From: Girardia tigrina
Taxonomy: Eukaryota
Assembly (NCBI GenBank): GCA_001938485.1
Contig: MQRK01178215.1
Span: 1 to 53,441 of the forward strand
Reading direction: 5' to 3'
DNA length: 53,441 nt
The position numbers and the translations under genes are program-made. Positions 13,890 through 26,702 of this stretch are shown here, piece after piece. Numbering within the stretch: the stretch's first letter is position 1; each line of letters opens with the position of its first letter. The notes beneath the pieces were generated by a model. It did not search any database, was not told the DNA's origin, and saw nothing but the letters and a program-made list of their open reading frames with translations.

Positions 13890-16571
13890 ATTCAGCAGCA
13901 TTTAATGAGTTGAAAGAATCTTTGACAATGGCGCTAGCCGAAGATCCAAACGGTCACCAATAAACCAGCGATGGATAATTGGGCATGAAGAAGAACTTAA
14001 ATTACTCATCAAAGATAAATGGCAAAAATGCAATGAGTTTGTAAAGTGTAGGAATAACACCAATTACTTAAAGTGGAAAGCAAGAAGGCTTTTTCTCCAG
14101 AAAATGATAAGAAAATGGAAGCGTAATAGGGTGCAAACACTAGGAGACCAAATTGAAGGGATCTTATCATTGAATGGAGAAGGTAAGCTAAAAGAACTGT
14201 TCATTGAATCACATGTCCTCTGCGACTTACAATCTAAAGAAAACACTCTGCGTACTCTTTCAACCCCAATAGGGAACTCTGTTTTGGTTGATCCCTTTAC
14301 CAGACTATTCAAGAAAGAAGAAAGGGAAACATTCCTATAGGGATGGATACAATAAGGGATAATTTGAATACATCACCAACAACAGAGGAAATAGAGGAAG
14401 CTATACAGCAGTTAAAGAGCGGAAGCGCCACAGGATCAGATGGACTGATCCCGGAGATCTACAAGTGGGGAGGAGTAAGTATACTCCCTCTACTAGGGGA
14501 GTGCTTCGAAAACATTTGGGAAGGAAACAAGGAATTCCCTGCTTCTTGTAGAGAGGCGAAGGTCGTAATACTCTTCAAGGGCAAAGGCTCCCGAAAGGAT
14601 CCAAGCAACTACCGAGGTATCTTTCTCTTAGATGTTGGTGGAAAGATTCTCACGAAAATTACAGTAAACCGCATCTTATCAATCTCTTGGGCAATCATCG
14701 ACAATTGGCAATTCGGATTCCGACCAGGCAAAGGGACTCAACAAGCTATCTGTATCTTATGGAAAATCCAGGAAGAAACTCGGTACAAGAATGTGCACAC
14801 CTTTTTCATATAAATTGACTTATATCCCTCTGGAGCCACTCTGGGATTGTTTAAAGTAACTAGGGATAAGAGGGAGAATTCTGGAAATCATTAAACTCTT
14901 CTATGAGGAATTCCAGGGTTTCATTAGAAATACTGCTTTTCCAATGGAGAAGAAAATGCATCAAGGTTGTGTTTTAGGACCACTCCTCATATCGTCCTTG
15001 ATACAGTAATAAAACGAGCAACGGACTCTCTGGAGGAGTTCAGAAGAAAATAGAAGAATGGATTTACTGGAGATTAATAGATTAACTTATGCGGACGAGC
15101 TTTGTCTTATCGACCTAGACTGGAATAATTTGATTCATAACTTGAACATTCTCAATAGAACATTCAAAGATTGCGGTCTAAAGATCAATACTAAGAAGAT
15201 TAAAGTTATGAACCTCAATGGAGATACCAGATTTCTCACTGCTGGGGATCAGCTTGAGGCAGGTATTGAGTGGGTTACAAATTTTAACTACTTATGATTC
15301 ACAATCTCTTCTGTCGGACAGGTTGAAGATGAAATACGAGAGAGGATAACCAAAGACATCTAAAAAGTAAAAAGTCTTAAACAGGTACTGAGGAGCCCAA
15401 AGTTAAGCATAAGGAACAAGAAGAAAATTATCCAGACTTGTATCTTCCCTGTAGTGGAACTTGCTTAGTGGAACTTTGTTACATTAATGAAAACTGGAGG
15501 ACTACAGAGAAGAGGATACAAAAACTACAGGACTTCAATAACCTATGTTCGAGAATGGTTATGTGAGTGAAGAAGACAAAAAGGATTCGGACGAAACTTA
15601 TCCACATAGGGCTACCACATTAAATGGATATAATTGCATGTAAATAACTCAAGTTCAATTGCAAAATGGACTCCACAAAGACGAACATACTTCAGAGACT
15701 TTGGAGAGCAACTTTACTAATAGGAAAGAAGATACCTGGAAGGAGCAAACAAATGATGAAAGAATGTCTCCGTGTCGATGTGAAATGGCTATTCGGCGAA
15801 GATGCTGATTACAATGAATTTGTACAGCACATTATACGCCGAGACCTCCCCCATTTTACAAAGCACATACATAACTGGACTCATTAGGAAAGGAATATCA
15901 TAAAGAACAGCAGCAAGTTTACCCAAACGTATCTGCCCGAGAAAGATGATAATTCAATACCCTAAAGAGGACTGCTTCAAAGAGTTTGCGGTAGCAAAGG
16001 AACTTAACAGCCACATGAAGAGGGATCACATAGAGAGAGGTGATCAGGAAGAACCGGGCGGAGCTAACACGTTTAAATACAACAAATGCAACAAAAGCTA
16101 TAAGACAAGAGGATGGCTAATAAGACATCTGAATAAGGATTACAGAGTAGACATGAACACAGAGGAAGAAAATAAAATTTAAGAAGCAATACAACGGAAG
16201 CAGATACACCACAAAACATACCAACTACCAATCTTTGGTTAGCGACAGAACGACTATCTCAATGGTGGTGGAGAAAACAATTAATCCCGAAAATACGCAC
16301 TTAACGTTTAGGACCACTGACTCAACAGCGAGGGTAGACTTCAAGTACCCCTTTCTCGGCTGTGCTAAGTCCAAAAATACAGTCAAAGGGATGCTCAATC
16401 ATTGTACCACAGTACATGATTGTCCGTTTGTAACAGGGAAGCCAAAGATATCTCGGAGACTGAAGCGATCCAACCCCGTAGGAGGCCAATCGAGGGCTAG
16501 CAGTCTTTAGTTTGGGTGGACCCTCTAAAGAGCCTAGTAGCTCAATACCATTTGAAGGAGATGGGAGGCCA
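13890..16571 (+). mobile_element. 5'-truncated RTE-like LINE: RT plus three C-terminal C2H2 zinc fingers, defined tail-less 3' end
   Basis: SATGSDG, NYRGIFLLDVGGK, QFGFRPGKGT, QGCVLGP, LTYADE, CxxxxC..H...H motifs at 15946-16510; 3' end AAAGAGCC..GCTCAATACCAT..GAGATGGGAGGCCA. Confidence 0.9.
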
Positions 16572-19329
16572 ACTTAGAATATTTTAGAGTGCTGGAACAA
16601 GAGCACAAATAATTTAAATAAAAGTAATTTATATTTCTAATAAAAATTTTATCTGGAAAAAAACTTTTATCTCTAATTTTCACTATTTAAGAAAATTTAT
16701 CTATTTTAATTTTATAGTTTTGGGCGGAAACCAAAAAGATTGACCGAACATTTGCCGAGATAAGATTTTAATAATTAAAAAAAATAATTCATTTAATAAA
16801 CTAATTAAAGTAAAAAAAATAATTACAATTAAATAAATAATAAAATAATAATTTCATAGGTTTAAATCAATTCGGTGAGAGCTAATCATCATAATTGAAT
16901 CATACTCAATTGATTATGTGTCATATAATAAGTTATGGATTGTTTATTTATGTCTGTTTGAAATAATGTGGGAGTTATGAGTGTTTGTGTATTAGTCTCC
17001 AATGAGACAGAGATGTGTGACATTTGGAAATTTGATTGGTGTATGTGTGTATTTTAAGGGTGTGAATGTTTTTATTTTTGTCACAATCTTTTCTGTCTTT
17101 TTTTGAATAAGTGTTTTGCACATTAGGGATTATTTATTTGTAAAGTGAAAACAATTCAATAAAAACAAATTAAAAAAAAGAAATAGCATTTTTTTTGTTT
17201 TGAAATATTTAATATGAATTCATTTTGAATTTAAATCAACTATAATGTCTGATCGAGGAAAGAGTGGGAATCAAAGCGGCCATTGAAGTGAATGGCGTAG
17301 ATAAAATTAGCAGAATTAGTTTGAAACATTTTCCATAATCAATAATTTTTTTATATCTTTAGACGTTCAACGTTAAATATCTTATTAAGATCAATGTCAA
17401 TCTTATACAATTATGTAATGATGAAAGTGATTTGTTGAATCCTTTTTGAAACATCATCTCCGCAACAGTTAAATAGTTTGCTAAAATGAATTTTGTCGAA
17501 TAATTTTACATAAACGAATTTTTTTTAATATTTACTTGAACAACTTTTCCATATTGCATCATTTTTTAAGATGAATTTGTTTGAATTATTACTAATTAAA
17601 GCTAAAGATTTACTGAATCAATCTTGCTGACCACATATTTTTGTTAAAATTTTTGTTAACTATATTTTCTTTAAATTTGAATTTTCCTTTTGAAAGTATT
17701 GGTTTTGTTTTATTTCTCTATTGATCTGAATTATTTTTAACGATTAAAATATAATAAGATTCCATCACTCGAACGAATAAAGGATGAGAAATCTGAATAA
17801 ACATTTATTCGTTAAATGGACCAAGTACTAACAGCAGCAACTCTAAATGGGCCATTACTCTGCTTCCACTAGTCAGTCTTTAAGGAAACCTGGAGACTAA
17901 ATCAGACACTTGGAACCTGTGATAATAGATATCCTTTTTTTCGTATAACTGTCTTTTTTTATTATAATACCCTAAAGATAATTTCTAACCGAAAATCATT
18001 TTAAACTCGGATGTGATGTAAAATACCTTATTATGAGGATTTATATTTAAATTAGATATAAGTAAATAGTTTGCTATTAATTATCTTAATAATTCAGACT
18101 GCTTAAACTTCTTCATTGATACAACATTCAAATTAAGAATTCTCAATTTCATTTTATTTAATACCCTCATCAGTAAATTTACATTAACTTCCTCTTAAAT
18201 CTGAAAGACTGGTTTATATTTATAATTTATTCAAATCCATTGATATAAAAAATATTTAAATGCATTTATAATATAAACTTAGAAATCTGTTTTTTTAAAA
18301 ATATTATAAGATTTAAAATTAAAAAAACATTTATCACATAGAATTTAAAGTAAAAGATAGAAATTTTATTATATATTTTTTTTTAAATTACTTTTAAATT
18401 GACTTAGAAAAAAAATTAAAAATTAAATTATTTTAAATATAATAAAAATAATTTATTTTAATTTTTTTGTATTCATGATGGAAGATTATAGTTCAATAAA
18501 AAATATTTTTTAATATTTTATTTTATAATTTATTATATTAATTTTCAAATAATATTTATTTTATTATTTTTCTGATTTGAAATTAATTAATATTATCCGT
18601 GTCAGTGTGATATATAATGAAACACGAATGCAGCACATTAATCAATAATTTTATCATGTTATTTAGAAATTATTTTTCGATGTCGTGCAAATTTTATATA
18701 TTTTTTAAAATAATTATATATTTTTTCTTAGATTTTTAATACAATAATCTGAAAGTATTTATTTAAAAATTAATAACCGTATAAATTCAAAGTAAATAAT
18801 TTTGTGAATTTGCTTCTTGATTAGTTTACGTTGAATTAATTATTTTTAAATGAATTAAAATATTATTTAATGCTTCTCAATGTCAATTAAAAAGAAAATT
18901 ACTCGAATATTTCAGAAGGAAAAAATTAATATTTTTTCATGATTAGTAAAGAAAGATTAGTTTTGCAGTCTCAGAATGTATATTCTGCTGAGGGTTTATG
19001 TATCCTCGTCTTTGTCTGCTATAAATATCGGTAAAAAATTATTTTAATAAATAATATATATTTAACAAAAAACGAATAATGAACTACCACGAAGTCACAA
19101 AAATATGATTATGTTAAAGAATAAGAGATAAATCGTCAAAATAATTCAGAATCATTAAGAAAATATTACATGCAGACCTTAATTATGTTTCATAGCATGA
19201 CAAAGATTGTGTTCATAGACTATGTCAAGTGAAATTCATAGTTTTTATAACCTCTCGTCCCGTCATCAGAAGTCATTACAAAATTTTGTACCCCCTACCA
19301 ATTGTGATCCTACCAATTACAGTTATATT

Positions 19330-20550
19330 TGAATTTTAATTTCAACGATTTACTTTTTTTTCAAATTTATTTACAATTATTTTCCTAATGCATTGCAGCC
19401 TTTCAATAAAGAATTAAAATTATTTTCTTCTTTAAGAAGAAAAGAATTAGACATCAGTTTTTTGGAAACGTGCATCGAAGAGAGGATTATTTCATTGTTT
19501 ATATTAAAAATAAAATTTTAAGAGTGCTTGGAGAAGGTAGATGTTTGAGGAATTCATTAGCTTTCACTTTGGCTTCAATATTTCTTTAGAGTATTGAAGA
19601 TAAAATCGATTTATTTGCTGCTAAGACGCCGTTAGCGTATTAAAGCTTTGTTGATGGCATCTTGATTTTGAACAATAAGAATGATATATCTACATTTTAA
19701 ATTATATAAATTCTTTGCATTCAAATGTAAAGTTCACTATGGAGACCGAGAATAACAATAAATTATCATTTCTGGATTTGTTAATTGAGTGAAAGATTGG
19801 TTTTTATGAAACTGATATTTATTGAAAGAAAACTGATACACGATTGTAAACAACCCCGAATAGTTTTTGTGACTCTAAATATCATAGAAATATGATCAAA
19901 TGCCCGTTTTTTCGTTCATAAGCTCTTTCGTCTACATATAAGCGATGTGATGAAAGTCTTAATAAATTAACAAAATTATTATATGATAATGAATTTTCAA
20001 AATGAATTTTCAAAGAAACTATTGATAAACTAATTGAAAAAAGTAATAATAATAAACTTAAAAATTTTCAAGATCAAGATCAATCTTGTAACACTAATAA
20101 AAATAGTTAAGAAACTGGATATATTTTAAGCATGCCTTATTCAGAAGGTTTTAAAATATTTAAAAGTTCTATTTTAAAAGCAATAGATAATACAATAAAT
20201 TTAAAAACAATTTCCCGTATGTTTAGTAATTAATCTTCAACACTGTTGGCATTGTGTGCGGATCTCATTTACCAATATAAATGTAATGTCACATTCATTG
20301 GAGAGACTCTGCGTCATCTCTGTAAGAGAATCGAGAAGCACAGTCGTAAGGAAAGTAGAAATAATGTTGCTGGACATAGTAAATATTGTAAAGGGGACAT
20401 AAACATCCATAATTTTAAAATTCTGTGCACTCAATTTTATAATTATTGGTAGATAGTGACATGGGAAACGTTATATATAAGATTTTTGTATCCTAAAATT
20501 AATTTTCAAAATAAACTCTCAACAACTTTATTGAATATTTTAAAATGATG
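19330..20550 (+). mobile_element. Penelope-like element remnant (RT C-terminus plus uninterrupted GIY-YIG)
   Basis: ETENNNKLSFLDL, RKxTDT, LSMPYSEG, LIYQYKC..TFIGETLRHL..RIEKH, ETLYI...PKIN. Confidence 0.85.
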
Positions 20551-21021
20551 TATTGATTATGTATCGATTACGTAATCATGCCGGCAGTATATAAGTATAT
20601 TTCTTTTTTTAAAAAATCAAATTTTGGAAAATTACAGTTAATCCGTCGAAATTAATAAACAATTTCAATTGGCTTCTGAATTTAATTTAAACAATTTACC
20701 ATTTTTCTGCTATATATACATATATTATCTGTATTGTATTATTTATCGTTGTGTATTATTTATTTATTTATATAAATATATTTTTATTGTATTCTTATTA
20801 AATTTGAATTTAATATTCCATAGAGAAGATTAAATCTATATGGAATACTAGGGTGATTCAAATGTTTTTTTTCGTTTTTCTACTCATATTTTCAAGATAA
20901 CAAATCATGTAAACAAAACAAATTTATTCTTCAAAATACAGGCCTTTATTTTCCATAGTATTCAACCATCTTTAATCCAGTGGCTTGATTCAGCAGGAAT
21001 ACCACTCTGTCGTTTTGGAAG

Positions 21022-21594
21022 TGTTGTGGTGTTCGTGGTTTGCAAACATGTGAACATATCTTGGGAAACTGAGTCGTTTGGCTTTGAGCCCCCAGGTTAT
21101 CGGTAACCAACCATAAAATACTCTCATACTAATGTAGCCTCTGCATGTATATTTTAACTCCTAATCTCTCGATGTCTATGACCACAACTTGTCTCTCAAC
21201 CCCCATATCATCTGCAAGTGATAGGTGATGACGACCTTTCAGGTTCCAGATCTACACAGGTTTAAGACCAGATAGACCAGATCAGCCCTAGTGGGTATGA
21301 TGTGATGTTAGATAAAAACAATTTGCATTAATGTAATAACCCCATGATGTGTTGTTATATTCGAATACTGCTGTGATGTCCCCAGACACGATACTGTATG
21401 TTTCATCTTGTTATGTTAAACCCCCTTAGCAGGTAGGATAGCTATGACAATATTCCATCTTTTATTATTTTAAGCATTATAAATTCATATACAAAAGTGT
21501 AGGCTCGAATACCCTAACGCAAATCCTCCATTTATGTGTACGATTTAGCGTCAAGACGTGGTGTTATGATGAGGATTTTGATTCTATCGCAACA
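21022..21594. mobile_element. 573-bp solo LTR (Gypsy-type), 4-bp TSD GAAG
   Basis: TGTTG...CAACA termini; GAAG at 21018-21021 and 21595-21598; removal restores mariner FFASKTTEWY. Confidence 0.85.
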
Positions 21595-22445
21595 GAAGCA
21601 AAGAAATCGCGGCACCCTTGTTCAACTTCTCCTACCGAATTGAACTACCGCCCTTTGGGAAATCGCTCCATTGCTCAAAAAGCAGGTAGTCGCTGGGAGA
21701 AAGATCGAGGCTGTAGGCAAACTGTGGCAAAACTTTGATCCCCTGCAGATTCTGCCCTTTACAACGACTCAAACGAGCAGTGTGTGCCGAAGCGTTTTTT
21801 TGTTGGAGAGGAACTCGGTTGCGATTAACCAATGCCGAGTAACGCTCACAGAGAATGACATATGCTCTGTCTAGCTGCTGAGTGAAGAGGTTGGCGTTCA
21901 TAGTATGCCCATTGGGAACCAGCTGAAAGTGAATCACCCTCTCGAAATTCCACTAAACTTAAAGCTTAACTTTTGCAATCAAAGCGTCCTTGTTTAACCA
22001 CGGGTTGGGCGGCATACCAGGCTATAGCCACTGATTCTCCTTAATGGAATTATGGAAAAATATAAAGAAGCGCATATCATGGAGTGAGCAAGTAATTCTT
22101 TGTGTTTGAGTGACTGGTAGTTCGTGAGGAATACGTCAAAATCGTCTATTGAGAAGACCAAGCTAATGAACATGACGTTGAATAGTGGGCTCTGATGGAC
22201 CAAGCTCTGCTGATAATTTTCGCATGCTGGTGCAGGGCTGCTCTTTCACAGCTTGAAATAAAGTTTCATCATCCACAAAAGATGGTTGCCCAGAGTGAAG
22301 TTGGTCTTCCAAATTTGTCACCATTTGAGAAACGCTTGAACCGTAATTGTGACACACGAAAAATGACCGTACCTTTACTTTCTACTTCACACATTTCTCG
22401 GTCTGCGGCAGTTGCGTTGAAGCATTTTGAATACATTTGAACACT

Positions 22446-23145
22446 TTTGACAAAATTTTATGTAGAAAAAATTTTAAAATAATTCTTTTGGTAAAATTAT
22501 TAATTTCAAACAAAATAATATTTAGTTTAACAAAATTTGGAATTTAAAATTAAAAATATTTTAGTCTTTGTTTTAATTGATCAATTTTCAAGGCTGATGA
22601 AAACCACTATATAAACAGCAGCAAATTTAGTTTAGTTTGCCAAAAAATTTCCCTTAACAAAAAGCAACACCAAGGAGGCAAGTAAAATTGTTATTAAGAA
22701 TTATTTTTATTTATTATTCTTTTAAAATATTCTTTCTTTTTTTAAAACCATAAGTATCCCGTATGGGAGAACCAGGTTTTTTAAGTTTTTAATCAAATCA
22801 TCGTTCGTTTTGGAGATTCACAGTTTTTACTGTAATCTGTTAACTCGTACGAAATATTGATTTGTGTTTGTGTTTCTGTCATCAAGAATTGAATTATTAT
22901 TATTATTATTTTTGACTTGTTAATTTTTGTTATTTGAAATAAAGTTTCATAAAAGAATTTGTGTTCATTGTCTATATATTTATGTTGGAAGTCCTTTCTG
23001 ATTAATTGGAGTCAGATTAAAGATTAAAGAATAAAATTTGTGCTTAAAAAGTAAATATTTAAGATTAAAGATTTGAATATACAACAATAAATAATATAAA
23101 AATAAATAATGCTAAAATATATTATTCATATAAAATAACTGTCAC
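22446..23145. mobile_element. ~700-bp solo-LTR-like repeat, related (inverted) to 44508-45215
   Basis: Ends GTCACA; shares colinear blocks taatctgactccaa, cttccaaca, ccttgaaaattga with the 44.5-45.2 kb copy. Confidence 0.65.
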
Positions 23146-24259
23146 AATGAAAGGCAAAGAAAAACGAAAAAACTTTTGAATTACTCTAGTACATATAAAA
23201 TTAAATTTTAAAATTAAAAAATTAATAATTGATACAGCTATTAATTGTATAACTTACCAACTAATATTAAAAAAATTTTTAATGATTCTGGATTGCTGAT
23301 TGTCGTCATTTAACGTACTACGAACCTATTTACAGAAAGTTTTAAAAAAAAGAAAGTTAAAATTTTGAAAACTTAATGTAATTAATGATCTGACAAAATT
23401 AAATTTTATGAAATAATAAGTAAGCTAAATTTTAAATTTTGATAATTTCTAAAAAGTTGACAATCAAAAATTATCAAATAATAAAATTCAGATATTTTTA
23501 ACGAAGTTAACTGAAATAAATTTCCAGGATTAAAAATTAAATTTATTTCTAAAAAACAAACTTAAAAATAGTTTTGATAAAATAGTTAAATAAAAAGCGT
23601 AAACATATTAACTCAATTCAAAAATTTCAAAATTAAGAAATGAAGAAAATTTGTTTGAATAATCAGAATTTAAAATCAGAAAATAAAAATATTATTTCAC
23701 CAACTAAAATGCAGACTTATGATTGATATTCCGCGAGCAGTCACTGAGACAACTTCTATTGTTGTAATTATAAATTTTGTAAAAATAATTGATCAGTGTT
23801 GTCAACAATTTATTAGCTTGATACATAAGAAATGTCGTTTTTAAACCGTAAACTTTAAATGAACATAACTTTCTTTAATCAATTAACTTTATTAGTCAAA
23901 ATAAAACCATTACAATTAACACACTTATGAGGGGTTAGTGTAAATTTTCAATTCGCTGAATAAGTTAATGTTTTAATTTTAAAATTTTGCAAAAATTAAA
24001 TAATAAAAACAGAGTTTCAAATCAAAAAATTTTTAAGTTGATATATTTCAGTTGGCAGTTTTAATATAAAAATTTTAAAAGAAATAATACAATAAATAAA
24101 AGTTTATGCGTAAATTTATATATCAAGCTGCTACAAAAGTTTTTTTACGAAATTGAATAGTTTTCTACAAATTAATTTTAAAATTAGATGTTATATAAAT
24201 GTAAAAAATTACTTTTATTTTGTTTAGAATATTTTTTTAAAAAAAATACAGAATAATAA

Positions 24260-24649
24260 ATATCACCATTTTAATTTTAAATTTTTATTGGAAAACATGT
24301 TTCGCCCCTTTTGTGGCATCTTCAGTTCTGTATTTAATTAGAAACTAATTGTTTATATAGAAAGATGACCCTTACGTCACAGTATGTTACATCAAAATAC
24401 ACTAATATGATTGGACGAATTACTTAGCACATTTAGACTAGGTTTAAAAAACTTTATCAAGAGTGCTTCAGTAATTGTCCTTTCATTATTGAGATCAAAG
24501 TTACTAATCAAAACCGGAAAATCATTATCAAATACCCTCCTTTGAGTTCCATGACATTTCACTATGTGGTCCAAAATTGAGCTTTTTCTACTTGATTGGG
24601 TATGTTTTGCAATTCTAGTAAGGAGGTGACGATTTGTCTCTCCAATGTG
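24260..24649 (-). mobile_element. Penelope-like 3' end (second half of GIY-YIG plus pLTR)
   Basis: HIGETNRHLLTRIAKH...LDH...EALLIK..KPSLN followed by a hammerhead motif. Confidence 0.85.
24289..24330 (-). ncRNA. minimal type I hammerhead ribozyme of Penelope pLTR
   Basis: GAA-CTGAAGA-TGCC(acaaaagg)GGC-GAAA-CATG-TT-TTC; palindromic stem III ACATGT as known for PLE hammerheads. Confidence 0.7.
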
Positions 24650-25815
24650 GACCTTCCATCTCTGTAATGGTATTGAGCCTAAGGCTCTTTAGAGAGTCCA
24701 CTTAACTAAAGTCCTTAAGGGCCCCCGATAGGCCTCCTACGGGGTCAGTGGCCTTCCGTCCTTGAGCAGTCGGCTTGCCAGTAACGAACGACCAACCATG
24801 GAACTTTGTACCATGGCCGTACATGTCGTTGGCTGTTACGGTGGACGCGTAACAACCGCGAAATGGGCACTTGAATTGTCATCTTGCAGCCTTGTAATCG
24901 GCTGGCAGTCGGTATTGTAGGTGCGTCTCTTCGGCATCGTAGTTCGGCTGTATCCTCGGCATAATCACAGTTGCGTCCGGCAACTGAGGATTAAATTGGT
25001 TTGATGTCGGCTCTTCCTCGTTCTCTTCTTCTGAGTTTTCTTCTCTCTGGGCGTTGGATGTTGGCGCTTCTTGATGATTCTTCTGAATATGAATCCTTAG
25101 GAAACCAGTGGTCTTGCATTCCCTCGGACAGTGTTGATATTGATATTTTCCTTTCTTCTGACGTGGCTGGGCTTCCTTCTCTCTCTTCTTCCGCGGGATT
25201 GGCTCTGCTCCTTTGTGATCTCTTCTGAGATACCTGTTTAACTCCTTCACTTCCGCATATTGTTTGTAACAGGCATCCATCGGGCAGCTGTGTTCTTTCA
25301 GACGAGGTAGCACCAGTCTTAGTGTTTGCTCGTCCCCGCTTCTTTGGATTCNNNNNNNNNNNNNNNNNNNNNNNNNNNNNNNNNNNNNNNNNNNNNNNNN
25401 NNNNNNNNNNNNNNNNNNNNNNNNNNNNNNNNNNNNNNNNNNNNNNNNNNNNNNNNNNNNNNNNNNNNNNNNNNNNNNNATGTTGCTTTCTCCGACCGCT
25501 GATCTTCTTTCCTCCGATGAGTTCGCATCCACTGATCTGCTTGACGTTCTCCGGGCATTCTCCTAAATCGACCTTGGTATTGTGTACGATTCTTCTCCTC
25601 GCGATGATGTCCATTGGGCTTTGCAGTCCAATTGATATCTCATCCATCCTGATCCTTTCGGCATTCGAAATCCCCAAAGTTCGCTGAATACATAGATTGT
25701 GAAATGCTTTTAGCTTTTTCACGTGTACTTCATTTGTCCTCCAATTTTCACAGCTGTAGTAAACCACAGGGAATACACAGCTGCTAATTATGTTCTTCTT
25801 ATTCTGGAAAGACCA
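24650..25815 (-). mobile_element. 3' part of RTE-like zinc-finger LINE (5' truncated)
   Basis: SCVFPVVYYSCENW, CPMDAC..HxxxH-type fingers, CQHC...HIQKNH, HGWSFVTGKP; same 3' hairpin/AATACC end as 16.5 kb. Confidence 0.88.
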
Positions 25816-25857
25816 TTTGTTGTTTTTTTAATGATGTTATTTAAATATTTTTTATTA

Positions 25858-26679
25858 CAGGGTGCGGCAGCTATTTGAGAACAAAATGACATAAAGTTCA
25901 AAAAATGAATATACAACAGAAAAATAACATTTATTACAATTTAAAATTTTACATATATTAACACGNNNNNNNNNNNNNNNNNNNNNNNNNNNNNNNNNNN
26001 NNNNNNNNNNNNNNNNNNNNNNNNNNNNNNNNNNNNNNNNNNNNNNNNNNNNNNNNNNNNNNNNNNNNNNNNNNNNNNNNNNNNNNNNNNNNNNNNNNNN
26101 NNNNNNNNNNNNNNNNNNNNNNNNNNNNNNNNNNNNNNNNNNNNNNNNNNNNNNNNNNNNNNNNNNNNNNNNNNNNNNNNNNNNNNNNNNNNNNNNNNNN
26201 NNNNNNNNNNNNNNNNNNNNNNNNNNNNNNNNNNNNNNNNNNNNNNNNNNNNNNNNNNNNNNNNNNNNNNNNNNNNNNNNNNNNNNNNNNNNNNNNNNNN
26301 NNNNNNNNNNNNNNNNNNNNNNNNNNNNNNNNNNNNNNNNNNNNNNNNNNNNNNNNNNNNNNNNNNNNNNNNNNNNNNNNNNNNNNNNNNNNNNNNNNNN
26401 NNNNNNNNNNNNNNNNNNNNNNNNNNNNNNNNNNNNNNNNNNNNNNNNNNNNNNNNNNNNNNNNNNNNNNNNNNNNNNNNNNNNNNNNNNNNNNNNNNNN
26501 NNNNNNNNNNNNNNNNNNNNNNNNNNNNNNNNNNNNNNNNNNNNNNNNNNNNNNNNNNNNNNNNCATTCGTAAGAGTAGCTTCTGCCATGTCTACCAGCA
26601 AAAATAAAATTATGTAATTATAACACACAAAAAGATATGGTGTCTATATTACGTGTTCTCAAATAGCTGCCGTACCCTG
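25858..26679 (-). mobile_element. Tc1/mariner-superfamily element (interior is an N gap)
   Basis: TA-flanked 26-bp TIRs cagggtgcggcagctatttgagaaca / tgttctcaaatagctgccgtaccctg; ORF start MAEATLTN. Confidence 0.85.
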
Positions 26680-26702
26680 TACAACCATATGGTTATTAAA
26701 AG

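Larger units (their letters stand above)
20849..23190 (-). mobile_element. mariner (DD34D) element, decayed, containing two solo-LTR insertions
   Basis: TA-flanked TIRs ctagggtgattcaaatgttttttttcgtttttct / agaaaaacgaaaaaacttttgaattactctag; SGQP, YSLDLSPSDYLLF motifs. Confidence 0.85.

Noticed and set aside
17250-18200. Possible decayed transposase on the minus strand
   Set aside because: Coding-like composition, but no diagnostic motif could be read.
21498-21520. AGGCTCGAATACC resembling the LINE/SINE 3' motif
   Set aside because: No upstream pairing arm; it lies inside a TSD-bounded solo LTR, so likely chance.
22590-22630. CTGATGA as a hammerhead core
   Set aside because: No stem II followed by GAAA, and no stem III.
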